Assembly (NCBI GenBank): GCA_002269645.1
Contig: NIVC01002416.1
Coordinates: forward strand, 8,885-72,884
Direction: 5' to 3'
DNA from: Macrostomum lignano
Lineage: Eukaryota
DNA: 64,000 bases
Shown: positions 37,987-49,799 of the stretch, one piece after another
Layout of the letters: each line of letters starts with the position of its first letter
Position numbering within the stretch: position 1 is the first letter of the stretch
The notes under the pieces: generated by a model
Seen by the model: only the letters and a program-made list of their open reading frames with translations
Told to the model about the DNA's origin: nothing
Databases searched by the model: none
Made by a program: the position numbers and the translations under genes

Positions 37987-38352
37987 GGTGAGTACACCTT
38001 CCCCAGTCCATTTAAAGGACGCAATGTCCTCTCTGCTTGTTTATTTCTCCTCTACGCGCGTGCCGAGCTGGTGAAAACCGGCCCACCCTTAGTCTCTAAT
38101 ATATTCTGCCCTTTTTGTTATGAGTAAGCCTGCGTACAGCCTGGCGTTTGGCTTTAGCCGGGGTAGACATTGTTGTCTGGGCCGTGGAGCAGTCTGATTG
38201 ACTGAGCCTACCCCTCCCTCGCGCTTTTTGGGGCGGTTGGCCCACAGTTGAAGGAATACTATTGAACATATATGATTTCAGATGAGCAATCCATAGTATT
38301 CCTTCATCCAGCATGGGTTGGCCTCTCTAAGCCGCGCGGCCGTCGTCTGCTG

Positions 38353-39982
38353 AGATGCTTGCTATCTGGGAGATGCTTGCTATCTGGGGGATGCTTGCTA
38401 TCTGGGGGATGCTTGCTATCTGGGGGATGCTTGCTATCTGGGGGATGCTTGCTATCTGGGTGGATGCTTGCTATCTGGGGGATGCTTGCTATCTGGGTGG
38501 ATGCTTGCTATCTGGGGGATGCTTGCTATCTGGGGGATGCTTGCTATCTGGGGGATGCTTGCTATCTGGGGGATGCTTGCTATCTGGGGATGCTTGCTAT
38601 CTGGGTGGATGCTTGCTATCTGGGGGATGCTTGCTATCTGGGGGATGCTTGCTATCTGGGGGATGCTTGCTATCTGGGGGATGCTTGCTATCTGGGTGGA
38701 TGCTTGCTATCTGGGGGATGCTTGCTATCTGGGTGGATGCTTGCTATCTGGGGGATGCTTGCTATCTGGGAGATGCTTGCTATCTGGGGGATGCTTGCTA
38801 TCTGGGGGATGCTTGCTATCTGGGGGATGCTTGCTATCTGGGGGATGCTTGCTATCTGGGTGGATGCTTGCTATCTGGGGGATGCTTGCTATCTGGGGGA
38901 TGCTTGCTATCTGCAGGATGCTTGCTATCTGGGTGGATGCTTGCTATCTGGGGGATGCTTGCTATCTGGGTGGATGCTTGCTATCTGGGGGATGCTTGCT
39001 ATCTGGGAGATGCTTGCTATCTGGGGGATGCTTGCTATCTGCAGGATGCTTGCTATCTGGGAGATGCTTGCTATCTGCAGGATGCTTGCTATCTGGGTGG
39101 ATGCTTGCTATCTGGGAGATGCTTGCTATCTGGGGGATGCTTGCTATCTGGGAGATGCTTGCTATCTGGGGGATGCTTGCTATCTGGGTGGATGCTTGCT
39201 ATCTGGGAGATGCTTGCTATCTGCAGGATGCTTGCTATCTGGGAGATGCTTGCTATCTGGGGGATGCTTGCTATCTGGGTGGATGCTTGCTATCTGGGTG
39301 GATGCTTGCTATCTGGGTGGATGCTTGCTATCTGGGTGGATGCTTGCTATCTGGGGGATGCTTGCTATCTGCGGGATGCTTGCTATCTGGGTGGATGCTT
39401 GCTATCTGGGAGATGCTTGCTATCTGGGGGATGCTTGCGATCTGCAGGATGCTTGCTATCTGGGAGATGCTTGCTATCTGCAGGATGCTTGCTATCTGGG
39501 AGGATGCTTGCTATCTGGGAGATGCTTGCTATCTGGGAGATGCTTGCTATCTGGGGGATGCTTGCTATCTGGGTGGATGCTTGCTATCTGGGTGGATGCT
39601 TGCTATCTGGGGGATGCTTGCTATCTGGGGGATGCTTGCTATCTGGGGGATGCTTGCTATCTGGGGGATGCTTGCTATCTGGGTGGATGCTTGCTATCTG
39701 GGTGGATGCTTGCTATCTGGGGGGATGCTTGCTATCTGGGGGATGCTTGCTATCTGGGTGGATGCTTGCTATCTGGGTGGATGCTTGCTATCTGGGTGGA
39801 TGCTTGCTATCTGGGTGGATGCTTGCTATCTGGGTGGATGCTTGCTATCTGGGGGATGCTTGCTATCTGGGTGGATGCTTGCTATCTGGGTGGATGCTTG
39901 CTATCTGGGTGGATGCTTGCTATCTGGGTGGATGCTTGCTATCTGGGTGGATGCTTGCTATCTGGGGGATGCTTGCTATCTG
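38353..39982. repeat. 18-19-bp minisatellite (GATGCTTGCTATCTGGGG)
   Basis: About 88 copies; source of the 500-590 aa pseudo-ORFs. Confidence 0.98.
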
Positions 39983-40639
39983 CAATTTTTTCCATGAATA
40001 ATTTTTGCTCCTTGCTTATTGGGCGTCCCGAAGGGGCACTAGATTGCTAGTTTGTAACTCATTCGCGTTCTCATTTGCGACTGTGCCACGCTGCCCTGTG
40101 TGCCCGGAGAAATAGACCCCACGTCACCCGTAACCGTGAGCCTTCAGCCGTGTTCTTTTGGGGTTTTGGGGTTGGCTGCTTGGGCGGGATCGGAGCGTCG
40201 TACGCGAGTAGGTTGGCGACCACAGCGAGGGTCAGTATACGAGCCGGGACTCTGGAAGAAAAGACCGGGATTTCCCCTGTAACCACAGTAGTTTAGCCTA
40301 TGGAAGCGTATAGTCTATGGTAGTGTAGTCTATTGTTGAGACTTCATTGTCTCATCTCTCCTCATTGGCTGTATTGCAGCGGTAATGTTGTGAGCTTACG
40401 AAGTACTCGTATTTCCGGTCACTGTTTATTCAGCCCTAGAAATCATCCTGATTTAAATTTAGCATCGTCGTAGCCATAAAAATCATAATAATCGAAATGA
40501 AATCGAGCCTGCATAATCGTAATTGACTCTTTCCAATAGCTGCCTTGAGCCTGCAGATCGGTCCAGCAGCAGGTGCGCATTGAGACTTGGACGCTAACTG
40601 ACTACCGGTGCCTACCAGACACCTCATCGATGACTCATG

Positions 40640-42735
40640 AGGATGAGAATCGATCTGGGGGAGATGAGAATCGATCTGTGGGGGTGAGAATCGATCTGTG
40701 GGGGATGAGAATAGATCTGAGGGGGATGAGAATCGATGTGTGGGGGATGAGAATCGATGTGTGGGGGATGAGAATCGATGTGTGGGGGATGAGAATCGAT
40801 CTGTGTGAGATGAGAATCGATCTGTGTGAGATGAGAATAGATCTGTGGGGGATGAGAATAGATGTGTTGGGGATGAGAATCGATGTGTGGGGGATGAGAA
40901 TCGATGTGTGGAGGATGAGAATAGATCTGAGGGGGATGAGAATCGATGTGTTGGGGATGAGAATAGATCTGAGGGGGATGAGAATCGATGTGTGGGGGAT
41001 GAGAATCGATGTGTGGGGGATGAGAATCGATGTGTGGGGGATAAGAATCGATCTGTGTGAGATGAGAATAGATCTGTGGGGGATGAGAATCGATGTGTGG
41101 GGGATGAGAATCGATGTGTGGGGGATGAGAATCGATGTGTGGGGGATGAGAATCGATGTGTGGGGGATGAGAATCGATGTGTGGGGGATGAGAATCGATG
41201 TGTGGGGGATGAGAATCGATCTGTGGAGGATGAGAATAGATCTGAGGGGGATGAGAATCGATGTGTTGGGATGAGAATAGATCTGAGGGGGATGAGAATC
41301 GATGTGTGGGGGATGAGAATCGATGTGTGGGGGATGAGAATCGATCTGTGGGGGATGAGAATCGATGTGTGGGGGATGAAAATCGATGTGTGGGGGATGA
41401 GAATCGATCTGTGGGGGATGAGAATAGATCTGTGGGGGATGAGAATCGATGTGTGGGGGATGAGAATCGATGTGTGGGGGATGAGAATCGATGTGTGGGG
41501 GATGAGAATCGATGTGTGGGGGATGAGAATCGATGTGTGGGGGATGAGAATCGATGTGTGGGGGATGAGAATCGATCTGTGGAGGATGAGAATAGATCTG
41601 AGGGGGATGAGAATCGATGTGTTGGGATGAGAATAGATCTGAGGGGGATGAGAATCGATGTGTGGGGGATGAGAATCGATGTGTGGGGGATGAGAATCGA
41701 TCTGTGGGGGATGAGAATAGATCTGTGGGGGATGAGAATCGATGTGTGGGGGATGAGAATAAATTTGAGGGGGATGAGAATCGATCTGTGGGGGATGAGA
41801 ATCGATGTGTTGGAGATGAGAATCGATGTGTGGGGGATGAGAATCGATGTGTGGGGGATGAGAATCGATCTGTGTGAGATGAGAATCGATCTGTGTGAGA
41901 TGAGAATAGATCTGTGGGGGATGAGAATAGATGTGTTGGGGATGAGAATCGATGTGTGGGGGATGAGAATCGATGTGTGGAGGATGAGAATAGATCTGAG
42001 GGGGATGAGAATCGATGTGTTGGGGATGAGAATAGATCTGAGGGGGATGAGAATCGATGTGTGGGGGATGAGAATCGATGTGTGGGGGGATGAGAATCGA
42101 TGTGTGGGGGATGAGAATAAATTTGAGGGGGATGAGAATCGATGTGTGGGGGATGAGAATCGATGTGTTGGAGATGAGAATCGATGTGTGGGGGATGAGA
42201 ATCGATGTGTGGGGGATGAGAATCGATGTGTGGGGGATGAGAATCGATCTGTGTGAGATGAGAATCGATCTGTGTGAGATGAGAATAGATCTGTGGGGGA
42301 TGAGAATAGATGTGTTGGGGATGAGAATCGATGTGTGGGGGATGAGAATCGATGTGTGGGGGATGAGAATCGATTTGTGGGGGATGAGAATAAATTTGAG
42401 GGGGATGAGAATCGATCTGTGGGGGATGAGAATCGATGTGTTGGAGATGAGAATCGATGTGTGGGGGATGAGAATCGATGTGTGGGGGATGAGAATCGAT
42501 GTGTGGGGGATGAGAATCGATCTGTGTGAGATGAGAATAGATCTGTGGGGGATGAGAATAGATGTGTTGGGGATGAGAATCGATGTGTGGGGGATGAGAA
42601 TCGATGTGTGGGGGATGAGAATCGATGTGTGGGGGATGAGAATCGATCTGTGTGAGATGAGAATAGATCTGTGTGAGATGAGAATAGATCTGTGGGGGAT
42701 GAGAATAGATGTGTTGGGGATGAGAATCTATCTGT
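40640..42735. repeat. 21-bp minisatellite (GATGAGAATCGATGTGTGGGG) downstream of ChaC-B
   Basis: About 100 copies with a higher-order variant pattern; source of the 700-aa pseudo-ORFs. Confidence 0.98.
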
Positions 42736-42894
42736 GGGTATAATAATAAATCGAGTTGAAAATTCATCAATATCAGTTTGAACAGAGACGTACTGTAGCA
42801 ATGCAGATTTATTAGAGCCGGTCTGTCAGCTAAAAAAACTTATCATTACCACACAATCAGTGAGAGAAAAGTCAGTCGTTAGAGGAGGAGGGGA

Positions 42895-44086
42895 TCAAGC
42901 ACTTCCCGTGCACCAGGTGTCGAGTTCTGGAGGCCGGCCATGTCGCTCAGTGCAAGCCGCCTTCGCCAACTCGGCCTCCATGCGGCGCAGCAGGCGGAAC
43001 AGGTGCGGGTCGCGGGCCTCGGCGTCGGGCACCTCGCTGAGCATGAATTGGGCGACGCCGCGCAGGTAGTCGGCATTGGCGCCACTCGGGCCGGCGGCGA
43101 GCGCCATCTGGCGCGCCTGCCGCTCGAGGCTTTCCTTGCCGAGGTACTGCGGGTTGTCCGGCAGGGCGACGAACGCGAAGGCCTCCCGGCTGCTGGCCGA
43201 ATGCAGCGGCCGAAACCGGACCCGGACGCAAACGTAGCCGCCCAGCCGCACCTCTCGCTGCGTGAGGTGGGCGACGGCGGCTCGGATCGCCTCGGCGCCG
43301 ACAACCTCGAAGGCCGTGCCCCAGACCGTGGCACCCTCGCACGGCACCAGCGTGGCGACCCTGCCGGGCTGCGGGTCGAGCGTCAGTAACGCGAGTTTCG
43401 ATACATATCGGCGACGATGCTTAATTACAGAAAATATTTTATTGAGACTAGCATGAGTCGAGCCTCCGGAGAAAATTAGTTTCGATACATATCGGCACCA
43501 AACTTTAACTCTTAAAACCTATTTTGGTCGGTTCTAGATATGCTTCGATATATAGATACATATAGAAGGATATAGTTTGATTATTTTCGATACATATCGA
43601 CAGCGTCTGTCAATGGTTGCAAGTATCATATACTGCATTCAGAATGCAAAACAATCGTAAGTAACAATCTTTTCGATACATATCGGCAAAGCATTATTTA
43701 AAGAATAGATATTTTCGTCTAGCTACTGAATTAAAGTTGTGAGTAGCATGCAGAGAACATGCAGTGCTCACCCTGCCCGGCCTGCCCCGGTGGCTCACGT
43801 TGCCCTGGTAGAACCGCCGCTTGAACCCATCGACCGACCCGACAATCCTGCCGCGGACCGGGAATCCCTGATTCCACACCACCGAGGCGTAGCCGAAGAC
43901 CAACAGTGGCGAATTCTCGGCGATGAGCCGGTCGGCAAGCGATTCGAGCTCAGATGAAGACAGCTGCGGGATGCTGTAGTCCGTCCTGCCATTCCGATGG
44001 CAGACACAATTGAGTCTGTTATATACTACTTGAATGCAGTAGGCATCGATTTGAAAAGTACATGTGTGAGCAGAACACATCGCCAT
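42895..44086 (-). CDS. CHAC: ChaC glutathione-specific gamma-glutamylcyclotransferase (ChaC-B), catalytic Glu intact; at least 2 exons
   Basis: Exon 1 ends at 43772 (AGG|GTGAGC); exon 2 is 43368-42895. Motifs VFGYASVVW...RRFYQGNVSHRGRPGR|PGRVATLVP...WGTAFEV...LTQREVRLGGY...NPQYLG...AGPSGANADYL. Start uncertain: first in-frame ATG is at 44086, and a better-context ATG at about 43995 is out of frame. Confidence 0.92.
43396..43687. repeat. Four dispersed copies of the 17-mer TTTCGATACATATCG(G/A)C separated by unique spacers, in the ChaC-B intron
   Basis: Copies at 43396, 43480, 43585 and 43671, plus a partial copy near 43543. Confidence 0.85.
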
Positions 44087-44349
44087 GACTACGGGGGGGG
44101 GGTTCGATTCCTTTTGATTCAACCAACTCAGTCAGGGATGTTTTTTGTCTTTTTTATTGGTCCTGTGCGGGGGGGGGCAAACTGCGCACTTCGGCAAACT
44201 GCGCACTGTAGGGGTCTGCACTACAGACAACAGCTTTGCATTCCAGAGCTAAATTAGGTTTACATGTAGAAGAGAAAAATTGTCTGACATAACACGACTT
44301 CCCATTCTAGTCTGTAGCTTCCTCTTTAAGCTGCGGGTTGGCACATGTA

Positions 44350-45185
44350 CTCAAGCCACTGGTCACTCTTCAAGCCACTCGTCACTCTTCAAGCCACTGG
44401 TCACTCTTCAAGCCACTCGTCACTCTTCAAGCCACTGGTCACTATTCAAGCCACTGGTCACTCTTTAAGCCACTGGTCACTCTTCAAGCCACTGGTCACT
44501 CTTCAAGCCACTGGTCACTCTTCAAGCCAATAATCACTCTTCAAGCTACTGGCCACTCTTCAAGCCAATACTCTTCAAGCCAATAATCACTCTTCAAGCC
44601 AATAATCACTCTTCAAGCCAATAATCACTCTTCAAGCCAATAATCACTCTTCAAGCCAATAATCACTCTTCAAGCCAATAATCACTCTTCAAGCTACTGG
44701 TCACTCTTCAAGCCAATAATCACTCTTCAAGCTACTGGCCACTCTTCAAGCCAATACTCTTCAAGCCAATAATCACTCTTCAAGCCAATAATCACTCTTC
44801 AAGCCAATAATCACTCTTCAAGCCAATAATCACTCTTCAAGCTACTGGCCACTCTTCAAGCCAATACTCTTCAAGCCAATAATCACTCTTCAAGCCAATA
44901 ATCACTCTTCAAGCCAATAATCACTCTTCAAGCCAATAATCACTCTTCAAGCCAATAATCACTCTTCAAGCCAATAATCACTCTTCAAGCTACTGGTCAC
45001 TCTTCAAGCCAATAATCACTCTTCAAGCTACTGGTCACTCTTCAAGCCAATAATCACTCTTCAAGCCAATAATCACTCTTCAAGCCAATAATCACTCTTC
45101 AAGCCAATAATCACTCTTCAAGCTACCATGGTCACTCTTCAAGCCACTGGTCACTCTTCAAGACACTGGTCACTCTTCAAGTCAC
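44350..45185. repeat. 19-bp minisatellite (CACTCTTCAAGCCAATAAT / CACTCTTCAAGCCACTGGT)
   Basis: About 40 copies with two unit variants. Confidence 0.96.
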
Positions 45186-45591
45186 TCACAATATTCACAC
45201 AATATTCTTTGAGACACTTACCGGAGGAATAGTCCGCCAAAAACCATTATTGTTAAACTGTGTTGATGAAAATCAACAAATTTAAACAGAATCTATTAGT
45301 TAATGCAGGAAATCTAAAAAAGCAAAGAATTCAAATGGATACGAGCTATAACGCATGGAGGGGCTTTGCTTATATATTAAGCAGTTTAGTATGATGTAAG
45401 AGTCTGTATGTAGGATTTGGCTGTTATTTTTCATCCGTTTCTAAATTTACTAGCTGCATTTACTACAGTAGCTACTAACGGGATGTAATTTGGAGTGTGT
45501 CATTAACAAATAAAATAGTCTAAAGGATGTTTATACTATTTTTTTATGTCCGGCGTTTGAAATACCATCCGTAATGATTTATTAGTAATGG

Positions 45592-47315
45592 GGCTGTAGG
45601 GACTGTGGGATTTAGTGAGCTGTAGGGACTGAGGGATACAGTGAGCTGTAGGGACTGAGGGATACAGTGAGCTGTAGGGACTGTGGGATTTAGTGAGCTG
45701 TAGGGACTGAGGGATACAGTGAGCTGTAGGGACTGAGGGATATAGTGAGCTGTAGGGACTGAGGGATACAGTGAGCTGTAGGGACTGAGGGATATAGTGA
45801 GCTGTAGGGACTGAGGGATTTAGTGAGCTGTAGGGACTGTGGGATTTAGTGAGCTGTAGGGACTGAGGGATATAGTGAGCTGTAGGGACTGAGGGATATA
45901 GTGAGCTGTAGGGACTGAGGGATATAGTGAGCTGTAGGGACTGAGGGATACAGTGAGCTGTAGGGACTGTGGGATTTAGTGAGCTGTAGGGACTGTGGGA
46001 TTTAGTGAGCTGTAGGGACTGAGGGATATAGTGAGCTGTAGGGACTGAGGGATATAGTGAGCTGTAGGGACTGAGGGATATAGTCAGCTGTAGGGACTGA
46101 GGGATTTAGTGAGCTGTAGGGACTGAGGGATATAGTCAGCTGTAGGGACTGAGGGATATAGTGAGCTGTAGGGACTGAGGGATATAGTCAGCTGTAGGGA
46201 CTGAGGGATATAGTCAGCTGTAGGGACTGAGGGATATAGTCAGCTGTAGGGACTGAGGGATATAGTCAGCTGTAGGGACTGAGGAATATAGTCAGCTGTA
46301 GGGACTGAGGGATTTAGTCAGCTGTAGGGACTGAGGGATATAGTCAGCTGTAGGGACTGAGGGATTTAGTGAGCTGTAGGGACTGAGGGATATAGTCAGC
46401 TGTAGGGACTGAGGGATTTAGTCAGCTGTAGGGACTGAGGGATTTAGTCAGCTGTAGGGACTGAGGGATATAGTCAGCTGTAGGGACTGAGGGATATAGT
46501 CAGCTGTAGGGACTGAGGGATATAGTCAGCTGTAGGGACTGTGGGATTTAGTGAGCTGTAGGGACTGTGGGATTTAGTGAGCTGTAGGGACTGAGGGATA
46601 CAGTGAGCTGTAGGGACTGAGGGATATAGTGAGCTGTAGGGACTGAGGGATATAGTCAGCTGTAGGGACTGAGGGATATAGTCAGCTGTAGGGACTGAGG
46701 GATATAGTCAGCTGTAGGGACTGAGGGATATAGTCAGCTGTAGGGACTGAGGAATATAGTCAGCTGTAGGGACTGAGGGATTTAGTCAGCTGTAGGGACT
46801 GAGGGATATAGTCAGCTGTAGGGACTGAGGGATATAGTCAGCTGTAGGGACTGAGGGATATAGTCAGCTGTAGGGACTGAGGGATATAGTCAGCTGTAGG
46901 GACTGAGGGATATAGTCAGCTGTAGGGACTGAGGGATATAGTGAGCTGTAGGGACTGAGGGATTTAGTCAGCTGTAGGGACTGAGGGATCCAGTCAGCTG
47001 TAGGGACTGAGGGATTTAGTCAGCTGTAGGGACTGAGGGATATAGTCAGCTGTAGGGACTGAGGGATATAGTCAGCTGTAGGGACTGAGGGATATAGTGA
47101 GCTGTAGGGACTGAGGGATATAGTGAGCTGTAGGGACTGAGGGATTTAGTGAGCTGTAGGGACTGTGGGATATAGTGAGCTGTAGGGACTGAGGGATTTA
47201 GTGAGCTGTAGGGACTGTGGGTTATAGTCAGCTGTAGGGACTGAGGGATATAGTGAGCTGTAGGGACTGTGGGATATAGTGAGCTGTAGGGACTGAGGGA
47301 TATAGTGAGCTGTAG
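45592..47315. repeat. 26-bp minisatellite (GAGCTGTAGGGACTGAGGGATATAGT)
   Basis: About 65 copies read directly. Confidence 0.98.
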
Positions 47316-47494
47316 GAAAAGTGGGATGGGGGGCTGTAGCTGGGGAATGCTGGCTGTTCTCGCAAGACATGGATTATCAGTATTGGTTATCAGCTAAGGA
47401 TTTCACAGCAACTAAAGATTCTATTGCAAGTGTCCCTCATGTACTGCAAGTGGCCGTTCATAGTAAAATATTTTCACTTTGAAGTCAGCAGTTA

Positions 47495-48805
47495 CGAGGG
47501 TCACTCAGAAATTTCTTAGCTTGAACACGAAAACAGCAACAAATGAACTAAAAAATGACTACAAGTGCTCAAAATACTCTCCACCGGCATTGATACAGGC
47601 TTGCATCCTGTGAAACCAGCTGTCGAAGCACTGCCGCCAATCCTCATCCCGGAGCTCCTCGATGATGTTTTTAAACTCATTCACAGCTTCTTCCGGTGAA
47701 GAAAAGACCTGGCCCTTCAGAATCTCCTTGCACTTCGGAAACAGAAAAAAGTCGCACGGTGCCAGGTCTGGACTGTAAGCAGGGTGAGTCATCAGCTGGA
47801 CCCCACAGTCAGCCAGAAACTCCAGAGTTTGAGCCGCCGTGTGCGCGCTGGCGTTGTCGTGGTGCAGAAGCACCCCACGCATTCCGCACCTTGGGCGCCT
47901 CTGGCTCACAGCAGAAAAGACCTTGGGCAGGCAAACCGTTGTGTACCAGTCAGTGGTGACTGTCTGGCGATCTTCAAGTGAAACGGAAGCCACATGCCCA
48001 GTGCGCATGAAGAAACAAGCCACCATCTGCTTGCCGACACTCCGGCTGCGTCGAAACTTGGTGGGGCTGTCCTCGTCTCCAAAGGTCCACATGGCTGACT
48101 GGCGCTTGCTTTCGGGGTCGTATTGATAAATCCAGGTCTCATCGCCCGTGAGGATGTCCCAGATACGCCGGCTGGTCCCGGATTCGAATTTCTGCAGCAT
48201 GAATCGGCACCAAGCCACCCTGGTGTCCTTCTGCACGTCCGACAGCTGATGGGGGATCCACCGGGAAGCCAGCTTCCGCACTCCAAGGTGTTCGTGCATA
48301 ATGGCGTGCACACTCCCCGATCCAATACCGATCTCCTGCTGGATCTGCTGGTAGGTCACTCGCCGGTCAGCGGCAATCATGCTGGACACAGCGCAGATAT
48401 TTTCTGGAGTCACTGCGTCACAGGGTCTCCCGGATCGATGTTCATCTTCGAGGCTTTCTCGACCTCGGCGAAACTCAGCGAACCAGTTTTTGACGGTTGC
48501 GTATGAAGGACATACATGGGTGAAAACGTTCTGTAAAGTTTGATACGATTCGGCCGGCGACTTGCCTTGCTTGAAGTGCAGGTACATCATTGCTCTGAAG
48601 TCGCGATTTTCCAGCTTCATTGTTGAATTGAAGATCTCAGGGGGGTGAACTGACTTTAACTCGCTGCAGTGGACTCAAAAGTGGCTGCTTCTGTTTGAAA
48701 TTTTTGCTGCGATACTTTTAAAAGTTGGTCTTTACCATAGACAAATTTCATGCTTCTACGTCTCGTGGATCCTACTCAGGCTAAAGACTTTCTGAGTGAC
48801 CCTCG
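47495..48805 (-). mobile_element. Full-length mariner (DD34D) transposon, 1311 bp, TA target duplication; probably irritans subfamily
   Basis: TA|CGAGGGTCACTCAGAAA...TTTCTGAGTGACCCTCG|TA. TIR about 30 bp with the first 17 bp perfect and 4 mismatches thereafter. The CGAGGG terminus resembles irritans-subfamily TIRs (inference). Confidence 0.96.
47559..48620 (-). CDS. Mariner transposase, intact, 353 aa
   Basis: HTH N-terminus, WIPHQL, TGDETW, HHDNA, YSPDLAPCD; 34 residues between the second and third catalytic Asp. Confidence 0.97.
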   Translation of the reverse strand: MKLENRDFRAMMYLHFKQGKSPAESYQTLQNVFTHVCPSYATVKNWFAEFRRGRESLEDEHRSGRPCDAVTPENICAVSSMIAADRRVTYQQIQQEIGIGSGSVHAIMHEHLGVRKLASRWIPHQLSDVQKDTRVAWCRFMLQKFESGTSRRIWDILTGDETWIYQYDPESKRQSAMWTFGDEDSPTKFRRSRSVGKQMVACFFMRTGHVASVSLEDRQTVTTDWYTTVCLPKVFSAVSQRRPRCGMRGVLLHHDNASAHTAAQTLEFLADCGVQLMTHPAYSPDLAPCDFFLFPKCKEILKGQVFSSPEEAVNEFKNIIEELRDEDWRQCFDSWFHRMQACINAGGEYFEHL

Positions 48806-49799
48806 TAATCTGAATCCCCATCGTCATTCAACAGTTAAACAGTTTTTATTCTCGATGCGGAAACACTGCAAGCTTTTCCTCATAAAGTCTTAGGTCTAGA
48901 GAAGGACTGCTAGCAGACGCGATAACGACTTAATTTCGCTTGAAGGATTTTCAGTATAGACGAGATCCGTGAATCTGTACAATAATATGTTGTATCCTCT
49001 GCGTTGTTTTCGCCACCAGGTATAGCAAAAAAACAAAATTTCTTGGCACAATAGCAAAACTTGTTTACACTTGCTTTCAGACAATAAGCCGATAAGAAGG
49101 AGACGGATGCAAAACTATTTCTGAAACCTAAATAATATGTAGGGGCAGCATTGACAAGTTGATATCTTGAGAAAGGAGATGAACATCCACTAAAATCTAT
49201 TTATACATATGAGCGTAATGCCCTTGTATCTAAAATTAACCAACTCAATGCAATGCTTACAATTGTCGATCTGAGGGCGCTAAAAAGGTCAACCCGCACC
49301 ACCCCTGGGACAGCAGAACCCCCATTAGATCGACATCTAGCAAAATCTCTTTTGGGGCAAAATGGGGCCCAAAAACGCCCTGGTCAAAAAAATCAACCCC
49401 GTAGATCAACATCTATTGTACTAAAAACATCAATTTTCAAGATGTACAAGCTCGCACACTCGACTGTTTTTAGCACACGGCGTCGGCTACACTGAGAAAG
49501 TTTATCTCTCTTCCTCTTCTCCGGAGACAAGCTTCTTGCCTCCGCGTGCTTTTCAACCCAGCAAGCCTTTCTTGCCCTCTCTTTTCACTTTTCTCTGCGT
49601 ACGTCGCAACCTTCGAGCTCTTACGAGCGTACACTCGACAAATTTTTTTAACACAAGAGAGACTTTCGCTGTTTAATATCACAGTTCTTTTCAGAACAGT
49701 TTCTTTTTCTCTGGTTTACCCGCATCTGGTGTCGCAAAATGCTTTTGTTTGGTAAAAAATTTCCCAGGAAGTAATTACGAGAGTATTAAGTATCCACAC

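Noticed and set aside
40071-40286. RVTWGLFLRAH resembling ribosomal protein L35a (RVIWGKVTRAH)
   Set aside because: The match is limited to one short motif, flanks do not align without frameshifts and gaps, and chance similarity is plausible.
43396-43687. Calling the repeat-spacer cluster a CRISPR array
   Set aside because: Eukaryotic intron, repeat only 17 bp, spacers too long and uneven, no cas genes or leader.
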